Under the pieces are notes generated by a model. It was not told the DNA's origin. It ran no database searches and saw nothing but the letters and a program-made list of their open reading frames with translations. Positions 57,893 through 64,000 of a DNA stretch of 64,000 nucleotides are shown piece by piece (the stretch's first letter is position 1; each line of letters opens with the position of its first letter). The translations under genes and the position numbers were made by a program. Origin of the DNA: Rhodothermales bacterium (lineage in GTDB: Bacteria > Bacteroidota > Rhodothermia > Rhodothermales > VXPQ01); assembly GCA_040904565.1 (NCBI GenBank), contig JBBDTI010000067.1, forward strand, positions 1-64,000. Direction: 5' to 3'.

Positions 57893-60388
57893 CTACCCCT
57901 TTGGCGGCTTCGCCCGGTTGGTGGGCTCTGCGCGGAGGGGATCTTCGGGCCAGTAGTGTTTCGGATACCGTCCGCGGAGGTCCTTGCGCACGTCGAAGTA
58001 GGTGTCCTTCCAGAAGTTCGCGAGATCCTGAGTAACCTGCATGGGGCGATGGGCGGGTGAGAGGAGATGCAGCGTCAGCCGAACCCTTCCCCGATCGATG
58101 CGCGGCGTTTCCGTCTGGCCGAACAGTTCCTGCAGGCGGACCGCCAGTACGGGAGCGTCGGGGTCGGAGTAATCGATCGGAATGCGCGACCCGCTGGGCA
58201 CCGTCACGTGCGTGGGTGCCCGCTCGTCGAGTTCCTCACGCCGCTCCCAGCCGACGTACCCCAGCAGGATGTTCGTGAGGTCGAGCTGCTGCAGGTCTTC
58301 CGCGCGCTTCATCCCATAGAGATGGGGTCGAAGCCAATCTTCCAGGTTCTCCAGGAGCGCCTCGTTCGTGGCGCCCGGCCATTCTTCTTCATGACGGCCC
58401 AGGAAAACGAGCCGCTCCTGCAGATGCCGGGCGTTCTTGGTCCACGGCAGCAGCTCGAGGCCTTCCTCCCGGATACCCTCGATGAGTGCGTCGACCATCC
58501 GGTCTGGATCGGGGTCGGCGATGGGCCCGTCTTTCAGCACCACGGCGCCGAGCTGCAGTCGACGCCGGGCACGCACGACGCCGTCGTCCCACGCTATCGT
58601 ATCTACCTCCTCGATCTGCTCGTCGAAGTGTGCGAAAAGATCTTCGAGACCCACGGGGGCGGCGCGAAAGATCCGGCTTTCCCGGCGCCGCTCGCCCAGG
58701 TCAGCCGCGACGAGATACTCGGCATTCGACAAGAGCTGCGGCTCGCCGAAGGTGGCCATGCGTCCGTTTCGGAGGCGGAAGCGACCATTGATCTTCTGTG
58801 CGATGCGGTCGGGGTACGCGAAAGCGGCAAGGAGACCACACAGATCGACATCGGCATCTTCTTTTCGGGTGTGGACTTTCCGCCGCCAGTGCTTGGCCAC
58901 GCGCAGGACGTGGTGTGCCGCGCCGCGGTCGACCTGGAATCCGCGTGCGTAGTCGAACTCCGCCCGGCCTCTTCCACGCAGGTCGCGCAGTGCCTGTACG
59001 CGAAGCCGCAGGTCGGCGTTGTCCACGCCGGAGCGTGCCTTAAAAATGTCGCGCTCGCTGAGCAATGCGGCGATGTCGCATGCGAGTCCGACCGCGTCGA
59101 CCTCTTCCGCGCAGAGCAGCATGTGAGCGAGGCGAGGGTGGAGTCCGAGTCCGGACATCCGTCGACCGTGTTCGGTGATCGTGCCGTCGTTCGCTAGCGC
59201 ACCGAGGTGCCGGAGCAGGTCGCGGGCCTGATCGTAGGCGGCGGCCGGCGGCGGATCCATCCAGTCGAGATCGGAGGGGTCGGCCGTACCCCAGCGTGCC
59301 AGCTCGAGGGCGAGGGGCGCAAGGTCTGCCTGGAGGATTTCGGGCGGACTGTGAGGCTCCAGATGCTGCTGATCGAGCGACGTCCACAGCCGGTAGCACA
59401 CCCCCGGCCCGAGGCGTCCGGCCCGTCCGCGTCGCTGGTCGGCGGACGCCTTAGACACCTTGATGGTCGCCAGGCCCGTCATCCCGCTGCGCGGAGAGAA
59501 GCGCGGTACGCGCATCAATCCGGAGTCGACGACGATGCGTACCCCTTCGATCGTCAGGCTCGTTTCGGCGATGTCGGTCGACAGTACGACCTTCCGACCG
59601 TCCGACGTGCTCGGAGCAATCGCTGCATCCTGAGCCGCCTGCGGCAGGTTGCCGAAGAGGGGATGCACGCTGACGTGGGCTGGAAGGTCGGAGAGCCGGG
59701 ATTCCGTGCGCCGAATTTCGCCGGCGCCGGGCAGGAAGACGAGCAGGTCGCCCTCGTCGTGTTCCTGAAGCGCCATGCGGACCGTTCGCGCCGTGATCTC
59801 CTCGATGCGTGCCTCGGGCGCACCATCGAGGTAATGCGTCTCGATAGGATAGCTCCGCCCTTCGCTCGTGACGATCGGCGCGTCGTCGAGTAGATCGGCG
59901 ACGGCCGTCGTTTCCAGTGTGGCGGACATGACGAGGACGCGGAGATCCTCACGAAAGATGCGTCGCGACGCCAATGTAAGGGCGAGGCCGAGGTCGGCCT
60001 GAAGGCTGCGTTCGTGAAATTCGTCGAAGATCACCAGACCGACCCCTTCCAGTGACGGGTCGTCCTGCAGAAACCGCGTCAGCACGCCTTCCGTCACGAC
60101 CTCGATACGCGTCGAGGGTCCCACGCGGGTATCCATGCGCACTCGGTAGCCGATCGTTTGTCCGACCGATTCGCCGCGGAGGTCGGCCATGCGACGGGCA
60201 GCCGCGCGAGCGGCGAGGCGGCGGGGCTCGAGCATAACGATCTTTTGCCCAACCATCCATTTCTCTTCGAGCAGGGCCGGCGGCACGAGCGTGGTCTTCC
60301 CCGCACCGGGCGGCGCCTGCAGCACGGCCTCGGTTCTCGACCGAAGGGCGGCGGCGAGTTCGGGAAGTTCGGGTTCTATGGGCAGCAC
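57893..60388 (-). CDS. hrpB: ATP-dependent RNA helicase HrpB
   Basis: APPGAGKTT, DEFHERS, MSAT, QRRGRAGR, RLQELFG, RYPKHYWP. Confidence 0.96.
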   Translation of the reverse strand: MLPIEPELPELAAALRSRTEAVLQAPPGAGKTTLVPPALLEEKWMVGQKIVMLEPRRLAARAAARRMADLRGESVGQTIGYRVRMDTRVGPSTRIEVVTEGVLTRFLQDDPSLEGVGLVIFDEFHERSLQADLGLALTLASRRIFREDLRVLVMSATLETTAVADLLDDAPIVTSEGRSYPIETHYLDGAPEARIEEITARTVRMALQEHDEGDLLVFLPGAGEIRRTESRLSDLPAHVSVHPLFGNLPQAAQDAAIAPSTSDGRKVVLSTDIAETSLTIEGVRIVVDSGLMRVPRFSPRSGMTGLATIKVSKASADQRRGRAGRLGPGVCYRLWTSLDQQHLEPHSPPEILQADLAPLALELARWGTADPSDLDWMDPPPAAAYDQARDLLRHLGALANDGTITEHGRRMSGLGLHPRLAHMLLCAEEVDAVGLACDIAALLSERDIFKARSGVDNADLRLRVQALRDLRGRGRAEFDYARGFQVDRGAAHHVLRVAKHWRRKVHTRKEDADVDLCGLLAAFAYPDRIAQKINGRFRLRNGRMATFGEPQLLSNAEYLVAADLGERRRESRIFRAAPVGLEDLFAHFDEQIEEVDTIAWDDGVVRARRRLQLGAVVLKDGPIADPDPDRMVDALIEGIREEGLELLPWTKNARHLQERLVFLGRHEEEWPGATNEALLENLEDWLRPHLYGMKRAEDLQQLDLTNILLGYVGWERREELDERAPTHVTVPSGSRIPIDYSDPDAPVLAVRLQELFGQTETPRIDRGRVRLTLHLLSPAHRPMQVTQDLANFWKDTYFDVRKDLRGRYPKHYWPEDPLRAEPTNRAKPPKG

Positions 60389-60507
60389 GGGTACGGCGAT
60401 GTTGGGGCGGTGACGTTGGGGCGGCGATGTGGGGGCTCGGAATGCCGATCAGGTAACGCGTGCGGATTCGAAGGTGTTGCGGGCAGTACGGACGATCGTT
60501 AACGTGA

Positions 60508-62391
60508 TGCAGCGGCATATCGAACTCAATCAGGGACGGAGCGATCAGCGAGGCCGAATACATACGCAGCCACTACACGAAATCCGAGTATAGCATCCCC
60601 ATGCGAGACGGCGTGAAGCTGTTCACGTCCGTTTATTCGCCGAAGGAGATGAAACGAGGTAGGCGCTCGGGGCCGGACTCGGACGGTCGTGAGAAGGAGG
60701 CGGCCGGTCATTACCCCATCCTCCTGTACCGCACCCCCTACGGGGTGGGACCCTACGGAGAGGATGAATACAGGGAGCGGATGGGTCCGTCCGAGGCCCT
60801 CTGCCGGGAGGGGTACATCTTCGTGTATCAGGACGTCCGGGGACGGATGATGTCGGAAGGGTCTTTCGAAGCGGTGCGCCCCCACATCCCCCAGAAAACG
60901 GATCGAGCGGACGTGGATGAAAGCAGCGATACGTACGACACGGTGGAATGGCTGCTCGAGCACGTAGCGAATCACAACGGCCGCGTGGGCCTCTGGGGGA
61001 TTTCCGCGCCGGGTTTCTACGCGACGCACGCGCTCATCGACGCGCACCCTGCCGTGAAGGCCGTCTCGCCGCAGGCGCCGGTGACGGACTGGTTCCTCGG
61101 GGACGATCGGCACCACAACGGCGCGTTCATGCTGCAGGCGACGTTCAGCTTTCTGTCGTGGTTCGGCGTTCCGCGGCCGGAGCCGGTGGAGGATCTGCCG
61201 GAGCGGTTCGACGACTACGGTACGCCGGACGGCTATGCCTGGTATCTGGCGCAGGGGTCGGCGGCCGAACTCGGCGCGCGCCATCTCGGGAGCGAGAACG
61301 CCACGTGGAACGCCATGATGGAGCACGGCACGTACGACGCCTTCTGGCAGGCGCGGACGCCGCTGCCGCACCTGCGCGACGTGCGTCCGGCCGTCCTGGT
61401 GACCGGCGGGTTCTTCGACACGCACGACCTCTACGGGCCGCTGAAGACGTAAGAGGCGCTTCGAAGGGCCGGGGCGGACTGCTACCTGGCGATGGGTCCG
61501 TGGTGGCACGGCGCGTGGGCGCGCTCCGACGGCGAGAGCTACGGGCCGTTTCATTTCGGCCAGAAGACGGCCGAATTCTACCGGCAGAACATCGAGCGTC
61601 CCTTCTTCAATCACCATCTGAAGGGTGACGCTCCACTCGGCGTCGCGCGCGCCAGCATCTTCACGACGGGCAGCAACCGGTGGCATTTCTTCGATGCCTG
61701 GCCGCCGGAGGACGTGGATGACGCGGCGCTGTATCTGCATCCCGGGGGACGAACGGATTTCGAGCCGCCGTCCGGCGCCGACGACTTCGCCGCCTACGTC
61801 AGCGACCCAAACGTGCCGGTGTCGCACACGCCCGATATCGTCGTCCACCGTGACGATCGCTACGTCGTGCAGGATCAGCGCTTTGCGTCGCGGCGGCCCG
61901 ACGTCCTCGTTTTTGCGTCCGACCCGCTCGAGCGGCCGGTAACGCTCGCGGGCCGGCTTTTTGCTCATCTATTCGTTTCCTCGACGGGAACCGACGCCGA
62001 CTTCATCGTCAAATTGATCGACGTGTATCCCGGCGATGCCGAATGTGAGGTGGAGGACTGCGAGGTCCCGATAGGCGGATTTCAGATGCTCGTGCGAGGA
62101 GAGGTCATGCGAGCCCGGTTCCGCAACAGCTTCGAGCATCCCGAGCCGATGGAGCCGGGCCGCGTGACCGGGCTGCGGTTCGATATGCAGGATGTCGCGC
62201 ACACCTTCCGGAAAGGGCATCGCATGATGGTGCAGATTCAGAGCACGTGGTTTCCCCTCGTGGATCGCAATCCGCAGACGTTTACCGACATATACCACGC
62301 CGAGCCGGACGCATACCGCGAAGCGACACATCGTGTATTTATGGGGTCGGAAAAGGCATCGAAACTGGAGATGCAGTTGCTGCAGAGGTGA
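60508..62391 (+). pseudogene. CocE/NonD-family hydrolase interrupted by an in-frame TAA
   Basis: ORFs 60601-61452 and 61492-62391 share one frame (PLKT*EALRRAGADCYLAMGPWWHG); motifs MRDGVKL, RTPY, DVRGR, WGISAPG; upstream in-frame TGA at 60505. Confidence 0.8.
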
Positions 62392-62568
62392 TACGCCGCG
62401 CCGCCTGAGCATCATCGGCACCCCGTCCAGCGAGGCTGGCCCCTGATAGTGCGGGCACGCGGCCTGATTTGCGGCACGAACCCCCGACCGGTAATGATTT
62501 TCGTTGGGGAACCGGTTACTTTGGAGGCGTGATCAAGGTTGGCATCCCAAGCAGTAAGGCAACGTGTC

Positions 62569-62997
62569 ATGAAGATACCGGGACTGTCGGAGCGCGTCAT
62601 TGCGGAACATGCCGAGAAGGGTTCGATCGACAGGGGTCGGGAGTATTTCCGGGACGGCGCCGTGAAGTCGCTGAAGCGGACGTCCGATTCGGAGGTCGAA
62701 GCCTTCGTACAGGGAACGGACATCGCCCCCTACCAGGTCGACATCCGGCACGATGCAGAAGGCATCAAAGAGGCCGTCTGTTCCTGTCCCTACGTGACGG
62801 GAAGCTGGTGCCGGCACATCGTCGCTACGCTGTACGCCGTTATAGAGAGCGAAGGGGCGCTTTCGAGGCCCCTGGAGGAGATTCTGGGCGATTTCGACCG
62901 AAGCGAATTAGTACGCCTGGTCGAGCACATCGTCGCGGAGCATCCCGAGGCGTCGTCTACGGTCGAAGCATTCTATCGCCAGAGACACGTCGAATGA
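62569..62997 (+). CDS. SWIM zinc finger family protein
   Basis: RGREYF..GAV, VQGT..PY.V, CSCPY..WCRH. Confidence 0.88.
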   Translation: MKIPGLSERVIAEHAEKGSIDRGREYFRDGAVKSLKRTSDSEVEAFVQGTDIAPYQVDIRHDAEGIKEAVCSCPYVTGSWCRHIVATLYAVIESEGALSRPLEEILGDFDRSELVRLVEHIVAEHPEASSTVEAFYRQRHVE

Positions 62998-64000
62998 TGC
63001 GGCGCGTATTCCTGCTTACGGTCGGCTTGCTGCTAACCCTCTCGTCCGCGCGAGCGCAGGACGCGCCGCCTGCCATCGATCCGCGCATCTATGACATCGT
63101 GGAATCCGTCTCGCCCGAACGGATCGAGGCGGACATCCGGACGCTGGCCGGATTCGGGACGCGGCATACGATGTCGGACACGACGTCGGAAGCGCGTGGT
63201 ATCGGTGCGGCGCGCCGGTGGCTTTTCGAGGCGTTCGAGCAGATTTCGGCGGACTGCGGGGGATGCGTGGACGTCGTCTATCAACGAACCATCGTGTCGG
63301 ACGAACCGCGCATACCGGAGCCGACGGAGATCGTCAACGTGCTGGCCATACAGCGCGGCGCCATCCACCCCAATCGCCACGTCATCATGTCGGGCGACAT
63401 CGACAGCCGGGCGTCGGACGTGATGGATGCGACGAGCGATGCACCCGGTGCGAACGACAATGCCTCGGGTCTGGCCGGCACGCTCGAGGCAGCCCGCGTG
63501 CTGTCGCGGCACGCGTTCGGCAGTACGATCGTCTATGCCGGTCTCTCCGGCGAGGAGCAGGGGCTCTACGGCGGTGCGCATATGGCGTCCGTTGCCGTGG
63601 AGGACGGATGGGAGATCGCCGCCGTCCTCAACAACGACATGATCGGCAACATCGAGGGCGGCGACGGCGTGATCGATAACACCGTCTTTCGGGTCTTCTC
63701 ACAGCCGTTCCCGTCGCTGGCCACGGAAGACGAGCTGCGGCGGATGCGCTACTTCGGCGGCGAGGTGGACGGTCCGTCGCGGCAGCTGGCGCGCTACGTC
63801 GATCGCGCGACGGACCGGTATCTGGCGAATCTGGATGCCATGATGATCTACCGCCTCGACCGGTTCGGTCGCGGCGGACATCATCGTCCGTTCAACGACG
63901 CGGGATTCCCGGCCGTTCGCATCATGGAGGCGCACGAGGACTACACGGAGCAGCATCAGGACGTACGCGTGGAGGAGGGGATCGAATACGGTGACGTGAT
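62994..64000 (+). CDS. M28-family metallopeptidase (truncated by the window edge; absent from the ORF track)
   Basis: ATGA overlap; MMRRVFLL signal peptide, GFGTRH, GDIDSR, PGANDNASG, GEEQGL, NNDMIG, GRGGHH. Confidence 0.9.
   Translation, partial: MMRRVFLLTVGLLLTLSSARAQDAPPAIDPRIYDIVESVSPERIEADIRTLAGFGTRHTMSDTTSEARGIGAARRWLFEAFEQISADCGGCVDVVYQRTIVSDEPRIPEPTEIVNVLAIQRGAIHPNRHVIMSGDIDSRASDVMDATSDAPGANDNASGLAGTLEAARVLSRHAFGSTIVYAGLSGEEQGLYGGAHMASVAVEDGWEIAAVLNNDMIGNIEGGDGVIDNTVFRVFSQPFPSLATEDELRRMRYFGGEVDGPSRQLARYVDRATDRYLANLDAMMIYRLDRFGRGGHHRPFNDAGFPAVRIMEAHEDYTEQHQDVRVEEGIEYGDV

Noticed and set aside
61450-61452. Selenocysteine or pyrrolysine recoding in the CocE gene
   Set aside because: The codon is TAA, not TGA or TAG, and lies at a likely Tyr position
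63033-63956. Assorted ORFs listed at the right end
   Set aside because: Alternative frames of the real M28 peptidase, which runs off the window

Overview
A high-GC (roughly 60-65% by eye) bacterial chromosomal window, most likely from a Rhodothermota/Rhodothermales-like organism. This is inference from the T9SS C-terminal sorting domain, the DUF5777 barrel, the GDIDSR-type M28 peptidase, canonical TTGACA/TATAAT-type promoters and sigma28-like promoters. It contains dnaA (minus strand) with a probable oriC (DnaA boxes plus an AT-rich tract), and no dnaN lies next to it. Directly across the origin is a divergent lexA - ImuB/ImuY-like - DUF6504-like - dnaE2 mutagenesis cassette lacking imuA. Other content: a divergent HhH-GPD / PA0069 radical SAM pair; a CX4CH cytochrome-beta-barrel fusion plus a paralogous cytochrome lipoprotein; a LacI-controlled polyol/ribokinase operon with a clear operator; housekeeping genes (purL, trxA, trxB, proline dehydrogenase, pdxH, hrpB, xylA); a heptaheme-TPR lipoprotein; a ~15 kb glycan/sugar-acid catabolic cluster (enolase-superfamily protein, epimerase, DHDPS-like aldolase, NRAMP-like transporter, Gfo/Idh/MocA, two sulfatases, degenerate GH20, GH2); a T9SS beta-propeller; a nonsense-disrupted CocE/NonD hydrolase; and an M28 peptidase running off the right edge. 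No rRNA, tRNA, CRISPR array or transposase was recognised. Family assignments come from motif recognition by eye, not from database searches.
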